From positions 85,188,001 through 85,252,000 of the forward strand of contig NC_067404.1 in NCBI RefSeq assembly GCF_016432865.1: a stretch of 64,000 bases of DNA. The letters are read 5' to 3'. Under the pieces are notes generated by a model, which did no database searches, was not told where the DNA came from, and was given only the letters and a program-made list of their open reading frames with translations. A program made the translations under genes and the position numbers. Below, one piece after another: positions 34,431-53,300 of this stretch (its first letter is position 1; each line of letters begins with the position of its first letter). The stretch is from Antechinus flavipes (Eukaryota).

Positions 34431-35140
34431 TAAAGAAGGGAAAGGGACCTGTATGTGCACAAATGTTTGGGGCAGCCCTCTTTGTAGTGGCCAGAAACTG
34501 GAAGCTGAGTGGCTGCCCATCAATCGGAGAATGGCTGAATAAATTGTGGTATATGAATATTATGGAATATTATTGTTCGGTAAGAAACGACCAACAGGAT
34601 GATACAGAAAGGTCTGGGGAGACTTACAGGAACTGATGCTGAGTGAAACGAGCAGGGCCAGGAGATCGTTATATACTTCAACAATACTATGTGATGATCA
34701 ATTCTGATGGACGTGGCCATCCTCAGCAATGAGATGGACCAAATCAGTTCCAATAGAGCAGGAATGAACTGAACCAGCTACATACACCCAGGGAAGGAAC
34801 TCTGGGGGATGACTAAGAACCACTACATAGACTTCCCAATCCCTCTATTTTTGTCTGCCTGCATTTTGGATTTCCTTCACAGGCTAATTGGACACTATTT
34901 CAGAGTCCGATTCTTTTTGTACAGCAAAATAACAGTTAGGACATGTATACTTACTGTATATCTAATTTATACTTTAACATATATGACATCTACTGGTCAT
35001 CCTGCCATCTAGGGGAGGGGGAGGGGGAGGGGGGAGGAGGGGAAAAAATGGAAGAAAAGGATTGGCAATTGTCAATGCTGTAAAATTACCCATGCACATA
35101 ACTTGTAGATAAAAAACTATGAAAAAATACTAAAGAAAGA
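34431..35140 (+). mobile_element. 5'-truncated L1 (ORF2 C-terminus + 3' UTR) with 16-bp TSD
   Basis: Translates KGPVCAQMFGAALFVVARNWKLSGCPSIGEWLNKLWYMNIMEYY, followed by a G-rich 3' UTR tract and A-rich tail. TSD AAGAAGGGTCATGATG at 34415-34430 and 35141-35156. Confidence 0.92.
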
Positions 35141-36662
35141 AAGAAGGGTCATGATGGGCAAAGAAGCTTCACTTGACTCCAAGTCAACGCGCTGCTCTGG
35201 GGAATGGCCTCTTGTAGCGGCACAAATCTCCCTTGGTGAACTGGACCTACGCATACCTTTTTACTTTTAGTTTTCCAACGTCAGACCTAAACTAGCAGGT
35301 GCTGGTCCGAGAACTGGCCCGCAACAGCTTCATCTCCTACGTCCGGGTACGTCGTCTTCGCTTTCTTTGACAAAATTCTGTTCTTGGGCTTGATTTAGCT
35401 AATGGCTTACGGACGCCACTGGGTTTGAAGAAACAAAACCCAGGTTTGTGGAGCTAGAAGGAACTCTGGAGATGAAGTCTAAGCAGTTTGCTTGGCAGGG
35501 GGAAGGTCAGTGGAGCCCAGGTGGGAAAGCGTGTGCCCCAGGTAACAAAGGTGTTAAACGGAAGCTAGGTGTTCTTGCTCCAAAGCCACTGGGCCTCTCA
35601 AGCTCTAACGGGTCTGTATGTAGCCTCAGTGGTGCCATCAACCCCCTCGAGCAACTGCTGGCTTGCTTCACCATGACTTCTCAGGGCCCAGAAGGGTTAC
35701 TGAAGTCGGGCTGACAAGAGCTTCATGAGCTCAATATCCCGGAGTCCACAGCAGGATTGCAGCCAGTGTTTAGAGTGACTTGACTCCATGTGAGTCAGTT
35801 CACTCCACTTTGGCTCAAGAGGGCAACAAACTTTCAGGTCTTTATTCCCATAAAGATGGGGTTATTGTGTTATAGTGAATATTATGTTACATGTTATGTG
35901 TAAATACATATGATTATATTAACATATTATATTAAAAATAGGGTTATCCCCATAATCCTAACCTGAAATCACTTAACCTATGGCCATCATCTCCTGGCTC
36001 TGGCACAGGCAGTAGGTGACGATACCGAGGCTGCCAGTGAGGTAGGGCCTGTCTCAAGCATCCTCCTCTTCCCAGTGTCCAGTCACATTTTCCCTCCCAT
36101 CTCCCTTCCCCCCTCCTTCCCCCCCAGGGATTCATCGGCAATACGTGACTCTCTTTTGGCCACGGCGACAGAAAAAAAGACACACATAGTTTTCAAAACC
36201 AGCTTTAAATGAAGAGGGAGAAATCTGGTGACGAAAAATTGGAAGGGAGAAAGGGCCAGGTTGTTTTTTTATTGGGGGGGGGGGTTGTTTGGAGTTGGGG
36301 ATGGGAGGTGGTGGTGTACGTGAACTGGAAGCCAACAATGACTTGGTCTCAATGATCTAATTTCTTGGGAAATTAGAAGGGGTCGATCCCACCCTCCAAT
36401 CCAACCCTCATCTCTAGGAACGGCAATCCCTTCCCTGAGGTATGTCACACTCCCTGAGATGATGTGAACCCCCGACTATCCAGCCCCAATCTTGAGAGCA
36501 AAGCTGGGGGGTGGGGGCATTGAGGGCTCCCCTGCCTTGAAGCACCAGCTCAGAGAGGTAGTGTAAGTCAGAGTCCAGTTCATTCCCCCCAACACAAGGA
36601 TCCAAGAGTCCCCCTGTTCTCCCCATATTCTCCCCTCCCCACCCCCCCACGGCCTGATGGCT

Positions 36663-38472
36663 TCACTGGTACTGTCCGTAGCCTGGGTAACTGGGGGGCG
36701 GGGCAGAACCTTCCTTGGGGGGCAGCTGTCCAGGATCTTCCAGGAAGGGGGGTGCTGGAAAAAGACAAAAGAGGGGAGAATGGTAGAGCTGAGACGCAGA
36801 AAAAGGGAGAGATCTGAAGCCAAAAAGAGAAATTCAGGAAGCAGAGACTAAGGCCCAAAACAGGACCAGCAGGAGAAAGGGAGGAGCGATGGCCCCGGGA
36901 CAAATACAGGAGCCCTTTGGCGAGATGGCAAGCTAAGACACAGATGTCAGAGTCAGAGTAGCCTGAGCAGAGGAAGGAGAGTGAAGGGGGTGGCAGGAGG
37001 CCTCCTCAGCAGGCCTTAGGAGATTGACTCACTGTTCCGGAATTGCTGGGCTGTGTAGCGGGTGAGGAGGATGCCCACACCTTCGATCAGGGCCAGCAGG
37101 ATTCCTCCCATCATGGCCGATCCAACCATGGCCAGGGGCCCACCTGGACAACAGGAAGCGAGTGTGTGACTGGCCCGATTCCCTCAGGGCCTCTTGCCCT
37201 CCCCACCTCCCCACAGTTCTAAGGCTGAAGACAAAAAGAAGTGATAGAAGTTGGGGAGAGGGAGGGAGGGTGGTTCAAGTCACTCACTCCGAGCTGCCAG
37301 CACAGCACCAGTGAGAGCCCCACTAGTGATAGAATTCCATGGGTCTTCTTTCCCACGGAGTCGGACGAGCCCACAATCAATGGTAGAGAACAGGCCACCC
37401 CAGACAGCAAAGCTACCTGGAAGAGGAGTTTTGAGGTGGTAGAGAGATGGTGAGCTTGGCATTTGGAACTTCCCTCACTGTGCTCTAAGCCTGACCAACT
37501 GTCCCCAAGTGCAGTCCCGCTTTTGGCATTTCCAGTCTGGGTTCTCTGCACTCCGCTCCATCAAGGCCCCTTACCTCCAATCTGGGGAGCCCGGATTCTC
37601 ACTGCATTGATGCTACCTCGGAACCGGTGCCGGATGCCCTTAGGAGGGAACAGAGACAGGTCATGGACGGGAAAGTGAACAAGGGCCCCTCCGAACAGTG
37701 GCAAGGGTCCCCTCCCACCCCCAGCTTATGTGTGGGTGGGTAGAAGGTAGGACAACTAGGGGATCATGGGAGACAGGCCCTTTGGAGTAATTTATTGGCT
37801 TTCCTTCCCAACTCATTGGCATTTCACAGGAAAGGGGAAACTGAGGCTTAGGGGACTCACTACTGGGGCATTGCGGAAGCCCTTGACAGCCTGGAAGACA
37901 CCTCCCCCGATGACTCCCATGGTGAAGGCCCCACCGCAGTCATCCACAATCCTCCAGGGGCTGCAGAGGTTCGGACAGGGGGTGAGAGAAGTCTGAGGTG
38001 TGCTAGAAGAGTCCCCCTCCCCTTGCTCTCATCTCTGAAGGCCTCTGGGAGCATCCCCAGCAGTGGGAGGGGAGGAGAAGAGAGGAGAGGGGCAGAGCCA
38101 AGAGGGAGGGGTCCCCCTAGTCGGGCCTGCCAGCTGCCTAGCCACAGCCCCTCCTTCCCACTTTGAGGAGTCCCAGCTCCCTCTCCCCCCCTCCCCCCCT
38201 CCCCCCCCCCCCCCTCCCAGAACGGTCCGTCGCAGCCGTGGGGGAGCAGGAGAGGTCAAGAGCCAAGAGCAGCCGCGAGCCCTCCCCCTCTCCGCCTCTA
38301 ATAGAAAGGTCTCGGCCCAGGCCTGGGACAGGCCAAATGTGGCGCCGCCGACGGGGGGAGGGGCTAGCGATGAAGGCCAGACTCCCCCTACTTCGGGGCT
38401 TCAAATGTCGGCCCCGTCTCTGCCTCTCGCTCACCCTACTGCGTACCAGGGCTCACGTGCGTACTCCTCCAT
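36663..38472 (-). CDS. TIMM17B: Mitochondrial inner membrane translocase subunit Tim17-B, 6 coding exons, 173 aa
   Basis: Exons 38472-38447, 37960-37861, 37638-37575, 37416-37288, 37143-37033 and 36754-36663. [24 protein letters not shown]...[15 protein letters not shown]...; AATAAA at 36268-36273. Confidence 0.96.
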
Positions 38473-38819
38473 AGCCCCCTAGCTCAAGCGCCTCCGTCAG
38501 GATCCGGGATGCCCACTCCGAAGTAGACCGTCCCACCCAGGAGCCTCGCAACTCGCCCCTCTCTCCGACTCCTCCCCCCTTCCCGCCTCTTTCTGCACTC
38601 CACCCCTAAGACCAGGAGAAGGGACGCTGATGTTGCTGGACGCTTGCGCAATCTATCACCCTCCCCTGTGTACTAAAGGGTTGCCGGGGCAACTATCCCG
38701 CACGTTTATTGGCTGCTTTTTCCCTTGGCCCCTCCCTAATGTTCCTCTGCGCGTTTAGTCATAGGTCGTCTTAAGAATCGAAGAAGAAAGAAGCGCCTTC
38801 TGCGCGCTCTCACAGGCTA

Positions 38820-39227
38820 CCTGCCCGTGACACGTGACGAGAGCGCCGAGGGGAAGGCCGAATCCGAACAGGTGCGGGCGAAGAAACCTCCCGGAAGCGA
38901 GGATAAAGGGGGGGGAGGGAGGCGCGTAACTGCTGCACTCTCTCATTGGCTGACGAGCGCGCACATGCGCACAACTGGTAGGGCTTGGGGCGGGCTGGAC
39001 CTGGAAGGTCCTAGCTATCAGCCCGTGAGCCACGGTGGGGGGTGGGGAAAAGGCCGAGGTGGAAGTGACGTCACCGCGGCGACTGGACCCGGTAGCTTCT
39101 CCCCTAGAACGCAGGCAAGAAAGGCCGGTCCCTCTGCGCCACCTCTGTTCTACCGGGCTTGAGTGGGCGGACCCGCCGAGCTCCCAGATCGCCCCGAACG
39201 AACGAACAGCAGTCGCGAGGCCTAGTC
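38820..39227. promoter_or_regulatory. Bidirectional TIMM17B/PQBP1 CpG-island promoter
   Basis: Head-to-head genes. CCGGAAG ETS site (~38891), CCAAT (ATTGG ~38945), NRF1-like GCGCACATGCGCA (~38960) and ETS-CRE GGAAGTGACGTCA (39061-39073). TIMM17B non-coding exon donor at 38821/38820. Confidence 0.75.
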
Positions 39228-41749
<2,522 letters not shown>

Positions 41750-42203
41750 GACGGCCTGCCACCAGCTTCCCCAGACCTCCCCGACCCTTGTGTTCGTAAT
41801 AAAACGTTTCCTCTCGAGCTTTGCCAATGGAACTCCTGGGGAGGGGAGGGGTGGGGGCATAGAGGAAGAAGCTGTTACAAATTTATTTTCAGAGGAAATA
41901 TTCCCTACAGAACTTGGCTCAATCAATACTTTGTAGAAGTCTCAGCCAATGAAGGGAGGCGGATCAGAAGTCAGTAGTCTTAAGCCTAAGGAGTTAGAGA
42001 GGAAGACCTTGAAGTCCCCATCAGCCCAAACTTGGCAGAGGTGGGCCTTGAGGGGGGTGGGGTGGGGGAGACACAGTGTTTAACTCCTTAATACTGAAGA
42101 AGCTGCCTCCAGTTCCACATAGAAGAGACAGGACCAGGGTATCCTCAAAGCAGACATGGGAGGTGCTGGGAATCTTCGGCCCCCCCATCAGACCATAGGG
42201 TAG

Positions 42204-45611
<3,408 letters not shown>

Positions 45612-46699
45612 GTTGGCACCTGCCCGGGTCCGTCCCCTCGGCAACGGCCCGGGCCGCCGTTTCCTTCCGCAGGACTCGTCATTTCCGCTTCCCAGGACTC
45701 GGAGCCGGGCTCCGCCTCCCCAATCGGGGAGCTTCATTGGCCGCGCCTGCCCGGAGGCCCGCCTCTCCCTCACCTCCCTACTTCCCTTCCTCCCTCCTAG
45801 GTCCCCGCCAACCCCTCCCATCCCACGTTCGGCTCCACGGTCCGAAAGTAGCCTAGCTCCTCCCCCACCCCGCCCTTCTCGGGATCCTCGCATCTTCATT
45901 GGCTAGGCACCCCAGGACCCTCCCCTCGCCCCACCCCAGTCCTTTGGGGAGTTGCATTCAGCAGGTTGGTCGAGTCGAAAGCACACCCGAGCCCCTCCTG
46001 ACAGAGCCACCCCTTCTCCCGCCCCCTTCCCAAGCCGCGGCAGGAGCGCCTAGCTCCCAAGCGCGGAGGCCCCAGTTTGGGAGAGATGGATGGCAGAGCC
46101 GAGGCCAGGCCTGGGGTTGCAAAGGGCCTCGAGGGCTCGCTTTAATGTCACACACGAATCGGAGGGGCTGAGTCGTTGGCCACCCGCCGCCCTCCCTTCC
46201 CCCTCCCGGCGTCCTCTGGGCCAGCCCGTGGCCAATCCGCCCAAAGCATTGGCCCAGGCTTCCAGGCAGTGGCCGCCATCATAAGGGGAATGTGAAGAAG
46301 TGAACTTCATTGGGCAATGGGTGACAGGCTTTTCAGCCCGGGAAAGGGACGGGGGTGGGGAAGGGCAGCTGGCTCCAGGAAACTTCTTAGTTGGAAGGAA
46401 GGACCTCAACCTCAACCTCCCAGGTTTCTTTCCTACCACTTCAGGATCTCTAAACAACCTATGGAGGGAAGGGGGGAAGGGGGGCGTGTCTAGTATCTGG
46501 AAAAGTCTCCATCCATCCCCCAGAGCAGGTAGAGAAGGGGGGACAGGGACGGCCTAGGAGCCGGTCTTTCCCTGTTCCCTGGGTAAAGTCCCGAGGAGCA
46601 TCTCTAAGCAACCTGTAAAACCAGGTCAACACCAAAACCTTCACCAACCAGTCCCGTGGGAGGGCGGAGGGGGGACACAGGTGCGCACCCCTCCGCTGC

Positions 46700-48881
46700 T
46701 TAGAAAGCCGGCCACTCCGAGGTACTGGCATCACAGGACGCTGGGGCCTCGCAAGACCCAGGGGGTAGGAGCTCCGAAGCCAGGGCCAAGTGGTCCTCCC
46801 CGTCCTGCATCCAGGGGTCACGAAGGATCTGTTCCAGCGAGGGCCGGTTGGCGGGGTCAGGGGCCAGGCAACGGCGGATCAGGGCTTCACAACCTGCAGA
46901 AAGGGGCAGCGAGTCTGTGGCTCAGAGGGGCAGGCAAAGGCATGGGACTCATGGTGGGGCCTGGATCTTACCTGGAGAGACTCGGCAGTGGAAGTGGAGG
47001 TGGGCCCCCAGGATCTCTCGGTCGTGCTCAAAGGGGATGTCACCGCAGGCCATATCATAGAGAAGGATGCCTAGGGACCACACAGTTGCTGGGAGGGCAT
47101 GGTACTGCTGCTGAGAGATCCACTCTGGTGGGCTGTATACCCTCGTTCCTACAAAGCCAGAAGGCCCGCCGTTGGAGTCTCAGCAAGCCCTAGGCCTCGG
47201 GGCCCCTTTCCATCATCCACTGCGGCGGTCCCCAAACACCACTGGCCTGGGTTCTCACCATCAAAGTCAGTGTAAGGTTCATCCCGGAGCAGGGCACCGG
47301 AGCCAAAATCAATGAGCTTCACTTCTCCTCGCCTCAAGTCCACCAGAATGTTCTCGTCCTTGATATCCCGGTGGACTACGCCACGGGCGTGGCAGTGACG
47401 AACAGCAGCCACCACCTGGCTGAAGAAGTGGCGGCAGCGGCCATCTCCCAGGGGTCCCCGCTCAGTGATATAATCAAACAAATCCTGGCCAGGCTCTGGC
47501 CGCTCAAGCACCAGCAGGAAGTTTTCAGGGGTCTCAAACCAATCCAGCAGTTGGATCACACCCCGATGACCACCCCCAGCCCCAACCTTCCTCAGCAGGG
47601 CCACCTCCAGTGGGCATGGGCCTGAGTCAGACTGCAGGAAGGCAGAAGGCACAAGGAGGGGCTGCAGTCACTCTGACTCAGATGCCAAATATGGCCCAGA
47701 GGAGCCTCCCCACTCCCTCCCATACACCCATATATGGGGGGATGGGAAGGGCAGCCCCATCTCCCACTCTTGAGTCAGCAGTAGGAATTGAACCTCAAAA
47801 AGAGTGGCTTGAAATTTCAGCTCGGCTACTTTCTACCTGTGGGACCACAGGCCACTTAGTTCCCTCCGCGTCTGAGTGTTCTCAATCCCCTCATTGCCCC
47901 CTCCTGATTTGTCTCCCAGTAGCCCAAGATGTCTCACCCAAGGGAGAAAGAAGGGTCTTCCTACAAAAGCACGTCTCTGACACCCATGCACCTTCCCCGC
48001 ATGCACAAGGATGTGTCCCGGGGTGGGAAGTGGGGATGTTGTGTGCCCAGAGCAGTCCCAGGGAGAACGTGTCCCAAATGGGGAGGAGAGATCTGGCCCC
48101 TGAGACAATCCCCCAGCCAGAGCAACGAACTCCCTCAGCTAGGCTAGGGACTCCTCCCCTTCGGATCTGCAGATCCGGCCCACCTTTGGGAGAGAGCCCC
48201 TTAAAAGAGATGAGTCACCCATGGGGGAAAGAGGTAGGGGACATACACACCAGGGGGGCCCAGCCCAGGACGCGGCTCCGGGGGATCAGCTTCACGGCAA
48301 CCTGAGGGAAGACCAGGAGTCCAGGGAGTTGATGGAGAAGCAAGAGGGGAGTCGACTCCAGCGGAGGGGTGGGCGGGGAAGACCCGAGGGAAATCTGAGG
48401 GGAGGGGCGGACGGGGGAAGCCAGAGGGGGACCAGAGAGGAGGGGCGGGTCCGGGAGATCCGAGGGAAACCTGAGGGGAGGGGCGGACAGGCGAGATCCA
48501 AGGCGGGGATCTGAGGGGAGGGGCGGGGCGGGGAGATCCGAGGGGATCTGAGGGGAGGGGCGGCGGGGGTGGGGGACATTTGAGGAGAAGGATGGATCTC
48601 GAGGGGAGGTGCGGCCGGCCGGGCGAGGGAAAGCCGAAGGGAGGGACGGCTTGGGGTGGGGGGGGTTGTAGGGGGAGCCCTGGGGAAGGCGGCAGGTGGG
48701 GTGCAGTCACCTGCAGGCGGTCGGCCAAGCGGTGCGCAGAGAAGACCGAGCCGAAACCACCCTTGCCCAGTAGGGGCCCCAGGCGGTAGGCAGCCTCCAG
48801 GGCCTCCTGGCCCTTGTCTGGCCGGCCCGGGGATTCCGGGGCCGGGAGCTGCGGCGGCGCCTCGGGGCCCTTGGTCAGCAT
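46700..48881 (-). CDS. PIM2: Serine/threonine kinase Pim-2, 5 coding exons, 321 aa
   Basis: Exons 48881-48711, 48301-48251, 47631-47259, 47148-46972 and 46893-46700. MLTK..., [35 protein letters not shown]. Confidence 0.95.
48375..48570. repeat. G-rich ~40-bp minisatellite in PIM2 first intron
   Basis: About five degenerate copies of GAGATCCGAGGGGATCTGAGGGGAGGGGCGG. Confidence 0.7.
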
Positions 48882-50340
48882 GGCCCGGCTGGCCTGGGGG
48901 GCTGGCCGCTGCTTCCACACGCCCGGCTCCGCCCGGGACCGAGGCTTGCACTCCACTGGCCGGAGGGCGGCTGAGCTAGCCGAGAGGTCAGCCCCGAACG
49001 CCCCGCCCTCCCGCGCTGGGCCAATCCGCAGCCACCCGCTCGCTCGCCAGTCCCGCCCCCCAGTTTGCTCACTCGCCGAGCAGGGGCCTGAATGCAAATG
49101 AGGAGTGGGCTAAGGAGGGGCTTTTCCGGGATCGGCACTCAAGGAGGTGGCGGGGGCTGAAGACAACGGGCGAATAGACCGCGGCTGAGGCTGGGAACGC
49201 CCAATTGTGCTGAGGGGACTCCGACCTCGTTGTGGGGGTTAGGGGCCCGCCACCCAAATGTCGAGCGCAGCCCCTCACCCCCCCCCCCCATTCCCTCCAA
49301 GCAAGAAAAAGACCGAGGCTTTGTGCATGGGAGGTGGGGTGTGTTTGTGTAAAGAGAGCAAATCTGGCCAGCTCAGCCGCAGCGGGGTCTCCAAAAGGAG
49401 ACCACCCCCCTCTCCTGGGAGCAAAGGTCAAGGGCCGAGGATGAAGAGGGCGGAGGGAGCCCCAGCACACAACACAGCTCAGCCCAGCACCGGGGCACAG
49501 TGGATTTATTCTGCCAAGGTGGGGGAGGGGGACGGGGGGATCCCAATGCTCGGCAGCAAGTCCCTTTTGCAACTAAACAATTCTGGTGGTGGGGGGCACG
49601 GGCGCAAGCAGCGGTGGTTGAGGAGGGGGGCAGTCTTTTTGAACACAGCTCCGTTTCCTAGGCCCACAATCTGGCTCGAAGGGAGGAAGCATCCCCAGCA
49701 TCCTCGACCTGCTGCCCACCCTTCTTCCTCCCTCCCAGCCCTCAGAAGAAGAGAGGGTAGGAGAAGCCCCAGAAGGGCAGTGGGTGCCCCAGGGCAACAG
49801 GACCCTCATGACGCATGGGGGGCCAGGACCCGAATGTTGTAGAAGATAAAATTAGATTTTAATAAAGGGAAAGGGGTCAGACACCCAAACACTGCTGTGG
49901 TGTCCTCCAGGCTGGGGGGGGCGGGGGGCGGCGAGGCTTCTCTATGGATTCCCCCACCTGCCGTTCCCCTCTGAGAGGGGGCGGCAGAGACGGTGGGCAC
50001 AATTCCCTCCTTTGACAGGTGCATCCAAACTGCCGTGGGCCCGTGGGGGGGGGGGGGGGAGGGGGGGAAGAGAGGGGGAAAGGAAGAAGAGGGGGTGTCC
50101 AGCGTGGCCCGGGCCCGCCCACGGTCATCCCACCACTGAATCCATGGAGTTTAGGTGAAGAGGAGCTCAAGAAGGCGTGACTGAGGGGTCGGGAGGAGGT
50201 AGGTGGAGGGAGGCACGAGATCCAAGGGGGGGCCAAGGCTGGACCCTAGTGCTGGAATCTCCCAAGGATTAGCCAGGGGAGGGCAGAGTGGCGGAAAGCA
50301 GAAGGGGCGAGGGCAGGCAGGGGGCTCCAGTCCCTGGTTA

Positions 50341-53300
50341 TCAACTCTTGTCTGGCGGGGGGTCTCTGTGTACTGTGTTTTTCTTCATACTGTCCAAATA
50401 TTCCTGCTGAGACACGGCCAGGACGGAGGCCAGGATTTCATCGTCGTCCCAGTCGTTCAGACCTGGGGGAAGGGGAGAAGGGCAGGCGTGAGGCCCCGGC
50501 GGGGAGGGGAGAGCTTGGGCGGCCCGCCAGGGGCCAGGGGGTACCGGACCCAGAAGGGCCTTACCAAAGGCGCTAGGTGACATCTGCTGGATGAGGGCCC
50601 GGCACTCCAGAGCGGGGTACAGGGACACGAGGGGGGAGGTGGCTCGGTCTCCTCCTGTTACTAACTGGCTGCTTGGACCTAAGATACAGCAGGGAAGGGT
50701 GGCAGGAGGGAGGCCCCCCCGGGAGACGTGACCTCCCCCCCGGGGTCTCCTGGCAGCACTGACCTGGTGCGCAGGGTGAGGGGGGTTTGGCGAGAGTGAG
50801 GGCGTGGCCCGGTGAGGGAGGCTTGGGGCCCAGCTCTGGGTGAAGGTCCTGCTGCTCTGGGGAGGGCGCGGTGCTCCGCTGCCGGGGGGACCGGCCGCTC
50901 CACTCTTCCAGACCACTTGAGGCTGCCGCTGTGGCAGAGCTGCAAGTGGCACTAGCTTTCCGGGGCTGGGAGGGAGGGTAGTATAGATACCCACAGGGTT
51001 AAAGCTGGGCCAGGCCCGACCCTCAGAGGCCCAGAAGGAGCCCGGATGGTCTCTGCCCCCCCCTTCCCCCACATCCCCCCCATCTCCACAGACAGGCCCA
51101 CCTACCTGCGCTTGGCCCCTGACCTGCCGGGCTTGCTTCTCCTGGTCCCGAAGCCACTGCAGGTAGGACTCTCGGGCTACCTGCTCCTCGATGGCCTCGT
51201 TCGTGGCCTCCCAGTCCGTGGCTCGCTTCTTATCCTCCAGCATCTGCTGCTCGATCCACGACTCCTCGGACGTCTTGATGGCATTCTTCATCAGGGACTG
51301 GTCGGCGAACTAGGGGGACACAGAAGTGGCACTTTGGGGTGTTTCAGGGTTGGGGTCAGGGCAGAAACAAGGCTGCCCAGCCCTGAGAGAGGAAGGAAGG
51401 AGGGGGGAGAAGAGGGTGGGAGAGGAGGGGGAGCCTCTGGCCAGAAGGATCAGCTTCTCAGCATGGGAGGAGGGGCCTGGGGAGAAGAGCCCAAAGGGGG
51501 GGGAAACCCCAAGACCGCCAAGCCCCACCCAGCCATTTCAGGGTGGTCCCGGGCTGCAAAGGGAGCCAGGAGGGGAGCAGCATCTCCGTCGGGCCCCCTG
51601 GGACCCGGGCCAGGTCCCAGCTCTCTCCCTACCCACCTACCGCCTCCTGCCCTCGTGGCGTTAGAGACTCCGAGCCGGCCGGGGATGAGAAGGCATTTTC
51701 AGGGGCCTCTCCGAACCACCCTCCCCCGACTTGTCCCCCAAGGGTCTACCTCCTCCCGAAGGTCAAAAGGGCCAAAAGGAGAGACTCCCCGCCTCAAGGA
51801 AACAAGGAATGAATCGAGGGAGGTGCAGGGGAGAGGCCAGAGGGAGGCCCGGCCGGCTTCCGGAGGCCCCGTGAGGTTCCGAGCGCGTGGAAGCGCATGT
51901 ATGTGTTTGTGTGGGCGCATGCCTGTGCCCGCACGCTCCTGGGCCAAAAGGCGGGCCCTGAAAAGGAAGGGAGAGGAGGGCGGACAGCAGCCGGCAGAGT
52001 GGCCAGGCCGGCTCGCCAGCTGCTCACTCACCCCTGGCTTGAAGGAGGGGAGCCCCAGCCCCACACCAATGGTGGCCTTGTTGGGGTTCACCACTGAGTT
52101 GTAGTGGACGTTGCGATGGTAGCTGACCCGGATGGGCTCGTCCTCGTTCTGCTGAATGCCATGAAACGTGTTGATGGGCTCTGGGGGGACGGGGATACTT
52201 GTGCTGTGACGGACGGGGTGGGGCCAGGGCCCAGGCAGGCTCCCCCTGCCAACTCCCGCCCTGGCGGCCCTCGGCGGCGCTACCTGTGCTGTACTGGTAC
52301 ACCTCCACGGGCCGATTATACATCTCGGCCATGGCCTGCATCTCGATGTGGTTCCCGTGGCAGTTGTTCTTCCTCTTCCTGTTGATGTACGTGGTGAAGT
52401 CTTCGGTGACGTAATTGGAGAAATAGTCCGCGTTCTTCATCTGGGGTGGAAGGGGGGGAGGAGTGACTCAGTGGGGGGCTGGGAGGGGGGAGCGACTCAG
52501 CGGGGGGGAGGAGGGGGGCCTGAAGGGGGGATCCTCGGGCCCCCCGGCGGTCCCTGTCTCACCAGGTAGTCCATGCAGTGCTTCCGGACGACCTCGTGCA
52601 TGTCCTGGTCGCCGTACACTTGGTCCGCTGCAGGAGAGTGGTACAAAGTCAGGGCTTTGGGAAGGCTGAGGCAAGGCAGGGGGCAGGGGAGGGGCACTGG
52701 CCCCAGAGGAGGGGGTAGCTGGGGGCAGATTTAAGGGTTCAAGGTCTGACAGCACACAGGGCCGGAGCAGATTCTCACCATCCACCCCAATCTGTTTTTC
52801 AGCTCAGTCCCCAGTTGTAGGAGTGCCCTCCCTGTCCTTTCTGGGCCCACTTGAAGCTGCCACTTTCCCAGGGGCAATTTAAAGCCCCCACCGAGTGGGC
52901 TGTGCATCACGGAGGCCCCCCACCCCCCCAAACGAGTCCTGCCCAGGAAAGGGCCGCGCTGCGCTAGTGGCCAACAAACTTCAAGGGGAGGGGGCACCAT
53001 CTAGGGGGTGCAGCCCTCAGGAGGAAGGGAGCAGCTCCCGATCCCCCCTCACATTGTTGCCCGTGAGGGAGCGGTGCCAGCCCATGGGAGGGAGAGCGCC
53101 CTTTGCCTGGGACGGAGGGGTGGGCAGCCTGGTGGCAGGCCCCCTCGCTACACGGCCCTTCACCCAAACTTGCCGCAACCCCGGCAAGGGCCTTCCTCAG
53201 GTGGGATTCATGCCCTCGCCCCTCTCCTCCCTCCTGGCAGCAGAGGGGGCAGATCAAGAACCACACTCGGGGAGACGGCACCTCCCTCTCTGTGCCACTT

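Noticed and set aside
52269-52283. 15-nt extended OTUD5 exon 4 (equivalent of human GTSAV isoform)
   Set aside because: No GT at the +15 position here, so only the 566-aa form is supported.
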